Shown in pieces: positions 12,697 through 27,400 of a DNA stretch of 64,000 nt; the stretch's first letter is position 1; every line of letters starts with the position of its first letter. Both the position numbers and the translations under genes were made by a program. Source of the stretch: Trichoplax adhaerens (Eukaryota > Animalia > Placozoa). The DNA lies in contig NW_002060963.1 in assembly GCF_000150275.1 (NCBI RefSeq), positions 419,978 to 483,977 on the forward strand, in the 5' to 3' direction. A model generated the notes under the pieces. The model was not told the origin of the DNA. It searched no databases and saw nothing but the letters and a program-made list of their open reading frames with translations.

Positions 12697-14920
12697 TCTA
12701 CTTTTTGACGTATGAAGGATAATTTTACCGCAACTACACTTTCTCTATCCTACTCCCTGTATTCAGCTATCTTGATGCTATCCAGCAACAGTATATACTG
12801 TATTCAAGCAAAGCAAGTTGATCGAGTTGTCTATCGATACCTCAAGAAATCCACAGGGTGCAAGCTAAAGCAATCAATTGAATAAAATAGGCCAGCGATC
12901 ATAATTTCAATCAGACCTTGACCATGCTGTGGATCAAGACTACCGGCTTGGAATATTCAGACTCTGTCGTTTCCAAGTGCAAAGTGTGATATTATTTTTT
13001 TGGTCACCACCTTACTCTCGCCAGCCACGTTCAAGTATTTATACTACCGCTACTATCCATGGAAGTCGGCCTTAATTAGCCAAGTCAAGTGGGTGTGATT
13101 ATTCCATGTAAAATCTTAAGTTTAAACTTTGACCTTCTTCCTCTCTTCCTTTAGACCACAGTATGATCAGACTGGGAGACTGGAAAAGCTCGATAATGTA
13201 GAAATTGGGTTGATTAATTCAATCAGTTAAATCTTCAAGTAAACTAGCAAAAATTCGTTCAAGAAATTCAGTCTGTCAGTCCATGGAAGAAGAATTTTAC
13301 TCTTGTTAACGCCCTTTATTCAACAGCAAGTTCTGCCTGATACAATTTTGAAATATGGCTTCTGTTGGACTCTATGGAGTATCTACATTATAGTGAATGG
13401 ACGCTTAGGTCAACGCTAATAGGTATGTTTGAGTAGGCATTGCAATATTTTAGTTGTAAGCAATCGCTGATGCAGGAATAAAGTGATACTACAGCTGCGA
13501 TCTACAACATATTGAATTATCAAAGTCTATCGTAAGCCACTTGATCATAAGTTGACGAGCTCTGCTGCCTTTTACTTTGTTGTCTGGCATTCTACTCCAG
13601 CATTGGATAACTCATGAAATATTTTCTGCTACAGGCCTGCAGCGAGGTGTTCAGTCATACGAGTTGCAGCTCCGTTATTTGCCACCGATTACTATGCAAT
13701 GCAACCATGCCCTCTACTGCAGGACTAGCCTGGTATAAATAACTATCATTCACTATTCTTTCTATTGGTTCATTCCCATCGATTAACCGCCCTCAATATT
13801 AATCACAAGCAAAGCCAAGCACAAACTATTTAGCCATTGCAAAAGATTACTGAACGACCAAATTATCCATCCAGAGATTTTGCGCTATCTAGACGACAAA
13901 GTTATTTTAGGTGCTTGCTCTATAACAATGAAACTAGAATAATTCATTGTCGGTTAATTTCATACGCTACCGATTTTTATACGGTCAACGTCCTAAACAT
14001 GGTTAGGTACTTGTTAAATAATAATTCAATTAGGGCGATCACTAGTCTGTTCTATGTGTAACCAATCCTAGAAATTGATGTGTATTAAGATAACCTAAAC
14101 CATAACTAGGCTCGTATCCGATGCTAACATCAAGGCAACCAATACGAACTATTGATACTATAAATAATTTGCATGAATCAATAACATGATGAGATAATCC
14201 GGTAATCCTTTTTATCAATAATGACCCTGATAGAGGCATCTTTAATAAGCTTATTCAATTAGCATCTCATCATGATATGGATAACTACAACTTGTATAGG
14301 ATCCAAACTGTTATGACTTCTTTTGAACCCCATGCAATACTTTGAGCCGAAATCTTGGAGGTGATGCTGTCATTTCAGCTTGAACTCATGTTGATGGACA
14401 ATTAATGTTATGATCATTCAAATTTAATCACTTCAGGCTAGTAAAAAATGGTTTCGCCAAATGAATCTTGATAATATACGGAGTATACGAATGTAGATTA
14501 GTTCAATCGTTATTTCAATAAAGATGAAATCGTTGTTGGCTACAATCAAAATAGAAATGATCAGACCTGTATCAAAACTAAGCATAACTTAAATAGAAAT
14601 GATGTCGAAGGATACAATTCCTTAGCTATACTACATTCTCTCCTGAAATAGTTACGGTAATATTTCATGACGTTGAAGAATGGAAAATGATTTCAACCTT
14701 AACATCTTCTACTTAAATAGCATCATCCTAAGCAAATATGATTCTACATATTCATTTACGATTTACCGCAGGTACAGTATTGCATTAAGATTAAATTTCT
14801 AACGGCTAGACCCAAATTGATCAAGTGTAAGCGTAATTCAATCCTGACTATATGCTGCGCTGTAAAGGATGATCAAATGCTATTTGCTCATGGATTATCA
14901 CTTTGTACGTATACAGGAAA

Positions 14921-17009
14921 ATGAAAGCCAACAATGATCAAGAATCACTTAACAGCTACGATGCAGCTATCGAATCTGAATACCACCGAACCGGTAATAA
15001 ATCCATATAAATTTTACCTAATGCATATCTTTGACAGCACTTGAAGGCTGTAAATATTTTTTTAATGTTTATGTTACCTATTAAACAGTACTAGTTTGAT
15101 TACACTTTTACATGTAGGTAGTATCTAAATACATATTAACTTTCTTTGTAAATTCAATAATAAATTATCAATTGATATCTTTTACAGCGTCTAAGAAAGA
15201 AGAAATCGATAGATCATCGAATCAATCAAACTATCGTAAGATCGTTGCTGGAGTTTGTCTTGTATTGGGTCTTGCCATTTGTCGAGCAGGAATGGCTCAA
15301 TTTGGTAGAAACTTATATACCAATAGCAATTTCACCGCATCATCGTTAGTTACATGGTAAGCAGTTATGACTGCATTATTTATGCCCATGTCATAATCAA
15401 ATGCTCTACAGTAAGTGTAGATAAATTAGGCAACTCATGCAGGTGTGATAACTAAATCTATTGGCGTTATATATCAACCGAAAATTATTATAATATTCAG
15501 GTCTTCAAGATCAACGGGAATTATTGTATATCCTATGGTAGTAATGATAATGATCTTAACTGGTCATAGCTACGAAGATGTACACAGGTACAACAAATTA
15601 TCTATCGTCAAAACGTCAATTAATTTGTTGTATTATATCAAAATTTTGTGTTTAATATTTATTATCTAAATGAAACTTGTAACAGATTCTTCTAAATGCT
15701 AAATATTTACGGTATTAAACTACTCTTCTAAATATTAGCAATTATTCCTAATATTTAGAGAGGGATGTAAAATTTTTGGCAAAACTGAATTATCAATCAA
15801 AGATACCGCAAAGAAGATACTTCCATTAATGTTAATATCGATATCAGCCACATATTTCAATTTTTATGCACTTTCATTAACATCTGCAACTAATGTGACA
15901 GCTGTAACCTCTACTTCAGCCGCTTTTGTCTACGTTTTATCGTTAATATGGCTGAAAGAGCCGTTTCTAGTTATACGGGTAAATATAACAAATGAAAATT
16001 TGTCAACTACTTAATATTGGCAACATTTAATGAAACTTTAAAATTGCATTTAAAGTACCGATCATGTTGAATCTGAATGGCATATCAGAAACGTTTAAAG
16101 TAGACATGCTTCAGCTTTTCTCACATTACTTATGCATTAGCCACAATAAATGTTATAGTTAATATCGGTTAATGAATAACACCGATACTATCCTGGATAG
16201 TTCCGATGTTATTCATTAACTGATATTAATCATAACACTTACATGTCTAGATTTGTAGTTTTTTTCATCTATTAAAATAATTACATTGATGGATGGCTCA
16301 CTATGTTCTGCTATAATAGATGCTTGCTGTTTGTACAGCAATCGCTGGTGTGATTTTAATAGCCTATTCTGAGGGGTTTGGATCATATGGAAGTGTTGGT
16401 ATTGTTTTAGCTACTGCAAATGCAATCTGTTCAGCTTTTTATCGTGTAAGTATAGATTATAAAGTATTTAGAAAGAACAAGCGTCTAATTTGAAGCTTAC
16501 TGTTCTTTATATCTACAACTCATCAATGATGATTAACATTTAGTGATAATCTTTAATTTTTATTTTTGCAGGTTTTCACGAAAAAAGTAATTGGACAAGC
16601 AACTGTAGTACAATCATCATTGTTTTTGAGTATTTTGAGTTTTCAGTTGTTTCTACTTTGCTGGATTCCTATACCAATACTAATATCAACTAAAGTAGAA
16701 GCTTTTACAGCAACTGACTTTCCTACAATTCCATTTCTTATAACAACATTAGCGCTTTTAGGCTATGCTAGTATCCTAACAGTTGGGATAGGCTTAACGT
16801 ATCCGATATATATGTCGATGGGTCCACTTTTAGCTATTCCTATTAATGTACTCATCGATGTTTTCTACGAAAAATTGCTTTTCGATACTATAAAGATCGT
16901 CGGTACCCTTGCTGTAGTTCTCGGATTTTTGATTTTAACTATACCTATTCCTATAATAGCATCTTTTTCATCAAGAATGCGTTTAAAAATAGTACGTCTA
17001 TTTAATTGA
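14921..17009 (+). CDS. SLC35F3/F4-like EamA/DMT transporter, copy 1
   Basis: Six coding exons from MKANNDQES. Motifs ALSLTSATNVTAV..AFVYVLSLIWLKEPF..RMLAV..GVILIAYSEGF and GIGLTYPIYMSMGPLLAIPIN..D match SLC35F3/4 (putative thiamine transporter) patterns. Confidence 0.85.
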
Positions 17010-18060
17010 GTAAATAATAATAAATTTTTGATAATTATTTTCATGTTCAACTGGTAAAATAATCTGCAGTCTTTATCTTAAATTATTTTTATGTCTATAG
17101 ACATTTATTAAAGTCTGTATAACTGGCTGTTGTAAATATAAATGTTGCATTTAGATTCTATAACTTGTATTGTCATCTATCAATTATTGTATTTGTTGTT
17201 TTATAAAGACACATAATTTCCGAATCTTTAGTTTCATGTTTATCCAATTAAGTTATTTCATCATTGCGTCAAAAAGTTATTTCAAGCACGGCAATATATT
17301 TTGATGGTTCAATATCATTTGATCTAATATATATCGTCTTTAATACCATACCTTGAAAAATGAAATACTATCATATCCTATTCAAAGGATTTGCATTGAT
17401 TAAATGACCACCAATAAAGATCAGTTCATTGAAATCTTGTTCTTTTTTTGTCTAATGTATTGTAACTTTCTAATATTTTGCATGCAGCATCAACATAAAA
17501 GGTGCAATAGGCATTTATTACTATAAGATACTTTAAACTAGATAAATGTATGGCTCTTATTATAATCATCAGTAGCTCAAAGATATTTCTTCCTGCATTA
17601 GCCATTCAAAAATTAATTCTTACTTTGAAGACAAATAATGATATCTAGCGAAAGAATAACTTTTATGCATTTTTTGATTTAATAGTATTCAATATTTTCT
17701 AATATTATAAAACTGCGCCACAATATGCTGCTTTTAATACGTTGAATTACTAGTAAACAAATAACCACAGAGTTATAGCAGTATACAAATCAGTGGTATT
17801 ATAGTAATATCCACGGTATTCATAGCTACAATAAAATTGCTTTGTTTGTTCGTGCAACGCTATCAATTTCAATTAACTATCGAAGAAGTAAATTCTTAAA
17901 ATTATTGTAATTGAAAAATATCATTCAGATGTAGAAAGACTAGTGTGTAGTTGTATTATGAGTTACGTTAAATATTAGCAACATCCTAACTCAAAGATGG
18001 CATAGGTATAGCTAGATAAATATAGCATTAGTAGCATAGTTATATTCTCCGTGTAACATA

Positions 18061-18720
18061 TAATATCCATATTAAATGTCTAGTACTGTTGCTGCAACTA
18101 ATATAATATATTTAACATGGAGCTTTGATCAAATGAAATTTTAGCTCAATTTACTCATCAATTAATAAATGATTTATAGAAGTATATATGTCATCTATTA
18201 GACGAGAAGCTGGATATGTATACCATCCTGAATTCTGCATCAAGTTTGAGTCTATTTACTACCAGCAAAGTAGCTCAAACAGCCGCTAGTATTTCACTAT
18301 TGTCAAAAGTCATATGTGAGCATGGGCATATGCCAAATACTACTAAATGAGCGTAATGTATGCCGAAAATTATTCTGCATATATTATTATTAATACACAT
18401 ATTAAATATCTAGTACTATAGCTATATCTAATATAGCGTACCGTATTTTAATATGAAGCCTTGACTAAATAAAATTTTAGCTCAATTTGTCCATCTATCA
18501 ATTAATAAATTATTTATAGAAGTATGTATGGTGTCTATTAGACTCGGAGTTGGATACGTATACCATCCTATAGTCTGTATTATGTTTGAGTTTATTTACT
18601 GCCAGCAAGGTAGCACAAACAATCGCTAGTATTTTATTATTGCCGTAAGTCTTGTATGAGCGTGCGTATATACTATATACTACAAAATCAGCGTATTATT
18701 TGCCGAAAACTATGCTGTAC
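18061..18720. repeat. Diverged tandem duplication of about 330 bp upstream of SLC35F copy 2
   Basis: 18061-18380 and 18391-18720 are collinear (CATATTAAAT.TCTAGTACT...AATTTTAGCTCAATTT...ATACCATCCT...GCCGAAAA). Confidence 0.85.
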
Positions 18721-20452
18721 GATGCAACATTTCACATTTTTGGTCAAATCTATCTTAGTATACATACCGTATACACAAGCGTGAACTAATATTTAGTAAG
18801 AAAAGAACGCAGGTAGAACGAGCTGAATTATTCTAGTCTATTATGGTATTATAAGTTGTTTGTATTGCTTGCCGCCCGCAGACTCTTCATTAATTAGAAA
18901 TATGAGCATACTTTAGCTATGTATTGCTTATCAGTTAAGATCCCCATTGCAACTTGTTTGTTTCTAGCTACTGATATAAATGTAAAGCCTAGTAAACTGT
19001 GGCAATCTATGATATTTCCCATCCTATAATATAATTATTCTTTCATTCATTTCCATCGACTAGTTACCCTAAGCTGGCCGAAGCAACACCAAACGCGAAA
19101 TGTTAATCACTTAATTCAGCAAGCGATTCCTTAAATGATCAATTTATTCATCTAGAGCTTTTATCAAGTCGAAACGACCAAGTACTTCAGGTACGAGTAC
19201 TTTTTAATGATTATATAACTAAAGTAAATATCTAGTTCAATCTGCAATCATTCTATAGGCTACTTAGTTGTCGTCCTAAACAGCAAATTGATTCGATAGC
19301 TTTTAGTGCATACAGCCCATAAGATCATTCGAGTATAAATAAATCTTACGTCAGTTTTTACGATAGCCGATAAGCGTTATAAATCCACTACATTTTCTAA
19401 CAGTATTTACTATATTAGCCATCAGAACTATTCTACGCCCATTTGAGGCCCATCTATACATAATTTATCTCAGTTCTAATTCTATTACGCTCTACTGGTA
19501 TATACCGTAATATTACTGTTATGATTAAACTGAAATTCAAAATCTACATACGGTGTTGCTCTCAACCATTAACTTCCAACTTCTATTATTTTATCAGTAG
19601 CTCTTAAATCTAAGCTCAAGATACTTATACTTCTGTTACATAAACTATAACTAGATTAACATCCAATTTTAAAGTCATGGTCCTAATACTAGCCAGTTAA
19701 TAACACGAAATGATTACATAAATGAATTATGTTTCTATGCAGTAATCTTTTTTATAATTAAACAACGATTTGAAAGGGGTAAAACTATAAAATACTCATT
19801 TAATTATAATTAGTGATTCATTTTGATACTTATCATCATACCGTTAACTACAGTTTACCATTTATGAGTGCCATGAATTTTTTATGACACTAATTCAATA
19901 ATTGTAGTCTAACTAGTTTATATTGTCTTTTCAGCATCATTGCAGTGAACTCCTACTGATTTAATGAAGTGTTACCGAAATTGATTAAATATTCTTAGAG
20001 TTCTTTTGCTTTAGTAGTATACGTAATATATATAGCGTGATGTAATAGTTAATGCAATATTAACAGTTAATAAAAGTCATTGTTAAAGTTGACCAATATA
20101 TTAAAATCATGTCTGATCTAAAAATATATCAAGCATAAATTGAAACAGGAATCATCTAAAGGGAAATTCTAATTGTAGTCTACTTTCCGTTCTAAGACAG
20201 GTAACACCATCTGCGTATAATGACATCGACTTCAAAATTAGCAACTTGTACTTAAATATTCTCGTAAGGAAATGCACTTGTATTCATTTACGATCTATAT
20301 TACGAGTGCTTTAATTATAATTAGTTCAAAATTTTGATGTTGTACCCAAGTTAGTCAAGTTTAAAAGTATATTCATAGCACACTACAATGTAGAGGATAA
20401 TCAAATAGTTCTTACTAATGGATTATCATTCACTTTACATCTATGCAGAAAA

Positions 20453-22988
20453 ATGAAAGCCAACGTTGATCAAGAATCACGTAATAGCTATGATGCAGCT
20501 ATCGAATCTCGACACCATAAATATGGTAATCAAAACGAACAAATTTGCTTATACATTAAAATAATATTATAATATAGCGTAACATTCATAATTGGACAGC
20601 ATGGTAATAAATTCTTTCAATCACTACCAGACACTAGTTTAGTTACGCAATTTTGCATATCAACTAAGCATATATAGTATTTCTGTTTCTATACTGATTT
20701 ATTTCTGTCAATATTTTTAATAATGTCTGATGACAAAGAAATCAGTACATCCCAAATTCAATTTAGTTATCGTAAAACCATAACTGGTATCTGCCTGGTG
20801 CTGAGTATTGCTCTTTGTCGATCAGGAATGAATCAATTCGGTAGAAATTTATATACCAATGGCAATTTTACTGCATCTTCACTGGTTGTGTGGTAAATAT
20901 AATTGTATTATTTAAGAACTCGTTATAACTAAATATTCCCAAATAACTACGAATAAATTACAGTACACAATAAACACTGTAACAGAATTAAATTGATGAA
21001 TTTTATATATCGATTGTAAAATCATTATTATAAACTTTATTTACTATTTTAATGCATACTGAATCTACAAGGCTTTATTATCACATGAATTCATTAAATT
21101 GCTCCAGCAAACTACTAATAAGCTATAGCTACTTGTTACAAATCGAAATGTGTAACAACAAAACGTTAAACTATTATAGAAATTGTGAGTCTAATATCAG
21201 GTTTGCCGTCTCTGAAAATAACCTACGTATGACTCTAGATACTGACGATCTCCTATCATCAGGAGGAATAGTAACACAAAACTAGCCTCTCCGAGGCATA
21301 ACTGTATTCAAACTTTATTGAAAAATCATTCAATTCATAGTAATCGACATAAAGATTAATAATTAGTTTATAGATATTTAGATAGTATTATAAAACTATG
21401 CAGTTAACTACAGTATATAATGTATAAATAGCGTCATAGATAGCGGAGTGTTATCTGACGAAAGTATGATAAGTATTTTGTAGGAAAAGTCATTCGTGAC
21501 ACTACCATATCCTTAATCCGATTAATGATCATGAATTAAATAAGGGCTTCAAGATCAACAGCAATTCTGGTTTTTCCTATGGTAGCAACGATAATGACGT
21601 GTTTTGGTCATACCTATAATGACCTATACAGGTAACGTTAATCATGATAAGCTACAATAAATACTGGGTTTATTTACATGCTATAACAGAACCCTGTGTA
21701 ATATTTATTACCATAAAGTGATTAAGTGAAGCTTAAAATGCATTATCCTGTATTGTAAACAAATGTAGCGGGTAAAATTATGTAATTTTATTTTTAAAAT
21801 GCCAATAATTGCTGCAAATTTATAGAGAGGGATGTCAAATTTTTGGCAAGAATCATTTATCAATCAAAGATCCAATAAAGAAAATATTTCCATTGACGAT
21901 AATAACAATAATGGGAACATATTGCAATTATTATGCCCTTTCACTGACCTCTGCAACTAATGTAACTGCTGTAACTGCTACCTCTGCTGCTTTCGTTTAT
22001 ATTTTATCATTAATATGGTTGAAAGAGCCGTTCCTAGTTTTGCGGGTAAATATAACAAGTGAAAATTCGTTAACTACTGAACATTAAAAAAACGTTTGAT
22101 GAATTTATATCATTGGGGTTAAAGTATTAATTATGCTGAATCTTAATAACTTAAATGCATAGAATAGCTATGTGATGATTATTTCATGATGTGTAAACAC
22201 ATATGTATAACGAACCTGAATTTTTCCCATCTTTTAAAGTGATTTTGTACATTTACTAACAATACTGTACATTGTTATATTAGATGCTTGCTGTATTTAT
22301 GTCAATAGCTGGTGTCATTTTGATAGCCTATTCTGAAGGTTTTGGATCATTTGGAAGTATCGGTATTGCTTTAGCTGCCGCAAACGCAATTATAACATCT
22401 TTTTTTCGTGTAAGTATATTACGGACTGCACTGGTATCAATACATAGAAAGAACAAACATTCAATTCAATATCGTTATCTCTTCTGTTATAGCGGATTAA
22501 TAATGATATACTGGCATTTATTAACTATTGGTAAATGTTTTATTTTAAAGGTTTTCACAAAAAAGGTAATTGGAAAAGCTACTGTAATACAATCGTCGTT
22601 TTATTTAAGTATTTTGGGCCTTCAAATGTTTCTAATATATTGGATCCCAATAGTGATACTAATATCAACTAGAGTTGAAGTTGTTACACCCGACAATTTT
22701 CCTTTAATTCCATTCTTATTAACATTAATTGCAATTTTAGCTTATATTTCTTTACTTGTTGTGGGAATAGGTTTAACTTATCCCATATACATATCGATGG
22801 GCCCACTTTTAGCCATTCCTATAAATGCACTAATTGATGTTTTTTACGAAAATTTGTTTTTTGGTCCTATGAAGATTGTCGGTACACTTGCTGTAGTTCT
22901 TGGATTTCTAATTTTAACTATACCTATTCCTATTGTAGCATCTTTTTCATCGAAAATACGTTCAAAAATGCTATTTCTATTTAACTAA
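20453..22988 (+). CDS. SLC35F3/F4-like transporter, copy 2 (canonical exon-2 acceptor mutated)
   Basis: Same exon structure as copies 1 and 3 (MKANVDQES...KMLFLFN*). The exon-2 acceptor reads AA instead of AG at 20722-20723. Confidence 0.8.
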
Positions 22989-24434
22989 TTAATCGATTAA
23001 CTAAGCAGCAGAGGATATAATTATCATCAACGTCAATGCACAACATATTTAAAGCAAACATTTAATTAACTCCAATGTTCAAGCCTAAGCGATTACTTTA
23101 TACATTTCTGAGATCCTTTTCTGAAAGAAAGATAGGAATTATTTTAAAGGATATTAATTAAAAGCTTTACCGTAATTGACTACTGTAAATTAAGATGCTG
23201 CATTGGCAGTATTTTTAATTTATATTTTACTTATTAATAATTCTAGAATTGTGAAATTTCTTATCTGTAACGATATGATATGTGTGCAAAATTAATTTAT
23301 CAATAGTCATAAATCATTCGAAATTTATTTAAAGCAATATGACTTGATGATTCAGTCCTGTTTAATCTAATATTTTAAAAATTATTAAATAAAGATATGC
23401 GTAATAAAAGTCTCTAATCGATACATATTCTGTCTCTAATTCATACATTTCTTAGCTCCGAAAATTTTAAATACGCTAACGAATAGACTGACATTGGTTA
23501 AATGATTACCATTAAAGGCAGAATCATTGAAAATTACTTTGATTAGTGTATTTACAATCATCTAATGATTTCTTTCAGTATCATCCCATAAAGTGTAGCA
23601 GGCGTTAATATAGGATGTTACATAAATACGTAGTTTTACATTACGAATATCACAGGAAATTGCTTTCTACGTCAGTTACTTCATGTACTCCTTTAGTATT
23701 GGATCAAACGTACTATCATGCAAGAGATCAAAATGGTTACTAGAAACTTTTCAGCCTGTAGAGAGAATGATACTGCACAGAAGCTATTTATAATAGTATT
23801 ATAGTTAATCTGCTTCTGCTTCATACTACGAAACGAGGCTAGATATCAATTTTTCGTCGAAGATAAACGATTCCTTATAATCGATGGAATGATCAAACTT
23901 ACGACAATTTGCATAACTGGCTAATAAGTAATACTTATTGGAGAGTGTAATACGTGTATGTCTGCTCATTTTCGGCCGTACCTTTATATTCATTCATCCC
24001 GTATATGAAGTGAAGATCTCCCATATCTTTTTTTAGCTCTAATTGTATCAATTATTCTGTAGCCCTATGATTACACAGTCTCTCAGTATTGACGGAAATG
24101 AGCTTTAGCTATAGAATAAAATCTTAATTTCATTGTACAGACAGATGATGCAGAATTTGGAGATGCATTTTCTATTAACTAGTAAGATGTCGTTTCTGTA
24201 TCGGTTATATAGCTTAATTATTTTAATTTATGAATTTGTCTACTTTAATTTCTGCATGTACACCGATAATTAGAACTTAATTGTAAGTTCTATACAGTAT
24301 GAACTTCGTACTCAAATGGATGCAGCTATTTCTCTTTACGGTCGTAAAGCACATTTAAATCTTTAAATTTCTCTTCAAGTACAGTTTTTAGCTTAAGGTT
24401 TTTCCTTAAGTTTAATACAACAAATGCAGCCCAC

Positions 24435-27400
24435 CTAGGCTTTTCCATTTATTTGAGCCAGAAGAAAGAAGTAGGTAATGAAGATACCTATCAACTAAGG
24501 AAAAAGAGAAGTAAAGATTATTATCATTTCATTAAAAGAGGGTCTGTTAAATTAAGGCGAAAATTACATTAAACAGAGCCAAATATTCAACAACTAAAGA
24601 ATTGTTGTACGCATTATTTATTTTACTTCATTATAAATAAGTAGTGATACCATAGTTCACTTGTATAACATATATATCTAGAAATATGTTATTTATACAT
24701 ACGGGTATATACTCATACTAGACTAACTCGCACATCATGTATATAAATGAGATTTCTGATAATATTACGAGTAATTGATGTTTTACTCAGTGCATAATTA
24801 TATCTACAAATAACATTAACAATGTAGAAGTCTTTATTTCCTGGCATAATAGACTAACTAAGTCTAAAAAATTTTTCTGGTGCTTTAAGTCACTGCTAAG
24901 ATGCTATATCACATTGTTATGGAGCAAATCACCGTACTTGTTAATTGACTAAACTTTGTTATTAAATTATTATTGGGCTAAATATTAGAAGTTGATAATT
25001 TAATTTAAGAATACTAATAATGAGTAACCTTAGATCATAAAGACTTAATTGTGTCTTGAACTCATGTAGAGTATTAATAATGGCGGCTACTTGGTACCTG
25101 CAGTGAACGTGTAATTACTGTGCTGAGCCTTGAGCCTTTAATTGGCTCCTAATTAGTTATTGTTAATTAAATTTGTTTACTAATACATACTTATGGTAAA
25201 CAGTATAGTTTATTGATATTGAATCTCCTATAGCAATCAAGTAAATCTTGCATAAGAAAATTGTTAACTGTGCACCACAAATTCTGTGGAAGGGTATAAA
25301 TAGGCGAGCGAATACTCAGTTCGAGAGTTGATTGGTTGTGTGTCACTCAAGTAGTCTAGTACTATCACACGTTAGATCTCCAGTAGTACTGGAGTGAATA
25401 AGTAATCTAATAGTCTAGTTTAGTCGATCACGAAGACTATTTGTTATACACATAATTACAGTTTATATTATGCAGCTATGTAGAGCTGCTGCTGCAGTAT
25501 CGAATATTACTAATATGTGATTACATAATTAGTAATACGATAAAATTCATTAAATAAACACCGATATGTAGGTGCTCTATATCGATTTAAGTTTAGTAAA
25601 ATTGTCCAGGTTGATCATTTGGTAAATACAGACTTGAATATCAATGTCTCATGGACTATGAAAACAAGGCAACAAGTCGTATGGCATTATAACTAGTACT
25701 AAGTAAGAAACTACAAGTTTCAATATATATAAAACTTAAATTATTACGATATAATAATTTTAAGAAACTAAAATTACCGTTAAAATCAAAGGCTTTGTAA
25801 TGACGAAGAATCCACCAACGCTGATACCGATAGGCCCACCTAAAAGGCGAGATTGAAATAGGGATAACTGCAAAGAAGTTAAAACTTTATTATATCATTT
25901 TCAAAGAATTCCTTTCTTAACGCGTTTTAAGAAGTTACTACTATGCGTGAAGGAATCTCTATAGTGTAAATGAATAGCTAATATCTTAAGTTATTTGCGT
26001 ACAATTGTAAATGTCATATACTCTTAAACATATAATAATAACTAAATTTTAGACTTTCATTTTCTTGCCATTATACGCTAATAAATGTCGCAATTTATTT
26101 TCTGATCAATTCAACTGTATTAATCTACTGCAAATGCTGTCTTCTGTAGGTAAAAATTCTTTTTTACCATTTATGAAATCATTAAACGTTAATATATCTT
26201 GCTATTGTACGATAATAAATATCTCAATTTATTTTCTGATCAATTCAATTGTATTAACCCACTGTAAATACCGCCTTCTACGGGTGAAAATTCTTCCTCC
26301 CATTTATAAAATCATTGAACATGAATACATTCAATAATATATTAAACAATAAATGTTTTAAATGTTGAAATAATTTCAGAGATAAAATACCTTAGATGTT
26401 ACATCTATTAATTATTCTCTTAGCAATATTAGTTGATCATTCCATAATGTTCATACAATAACAGGCGATGATATTTCAGTAGTATTGCATCGAATTTATC
26501 ATGAGATGGAAATCTAGTATAGTAAATAATAACTTACCTCTGCCAATCCATCATTATTGACGTTAGCAACTTGTAGGGAATATAATATAGAATTAGAAGA
26601 ATGTGCCTATGCGTATATATTAATAAACATAGTATTAAACATAGTCCTGTAGAATAAAATACTGCGCAACAAAAGTATGTTATTTTGAAAAATTTGTACT
26701 GCCTTTGAGCACTTTCTGAACGAATTTCTAGATATGGTAATTTGAATTATTACATATCCAATATGAATTTAGTGATAATAAAAGCAAATTATTTCTTTGA
26801 AAGCTCATCATTTCACTAATGTTCATACTACATAGCCATGTTGTACCTCTGTATTAAGAATGGAAGCTGCCCCTGAAACGATGATAGTGTTACCAGTAGT
26901 AATAGCTAGCCACATCGTCAAGACCATATTCATCCAGAAACCATTATCGTTCCAGTTAAATATTAGGCGGTATGTGTTGAAACAGGCATGGGCAAGATTT
27001 GTAAGGTATAAATGAGCTACAAATAAAGAAAAAGTATCGGAGAGTAATTCTGTTGTAGTACAGTAATCTTCGTGTTGTTGTCGATAAGTTATTATAGCTC
27101 GATTAATACTGCTATTGCCCATTTGAACTGCCGTTCTAAAGCATCTGGTTAAATTGCGAAATTTTTCAGCCATGATTAAACAACATAAACAGAATAAAAC
27201 TGTGGGATAGATCCATGCTGCGGTGCAATAGAAGTGAATGGAAGATATATAAAAGTAAAGAAAGATTGTCGAATTTTCCCAAGGACTGGCTATGATGCTC
27301 ATTACTGATTTTAAGTCATTAAATGAAGATAAATGAACAAATATTGGAAATGCTATATTTAATGAGGCAAAGATTGTTGCTGGAATCAGGTAAATGATAC

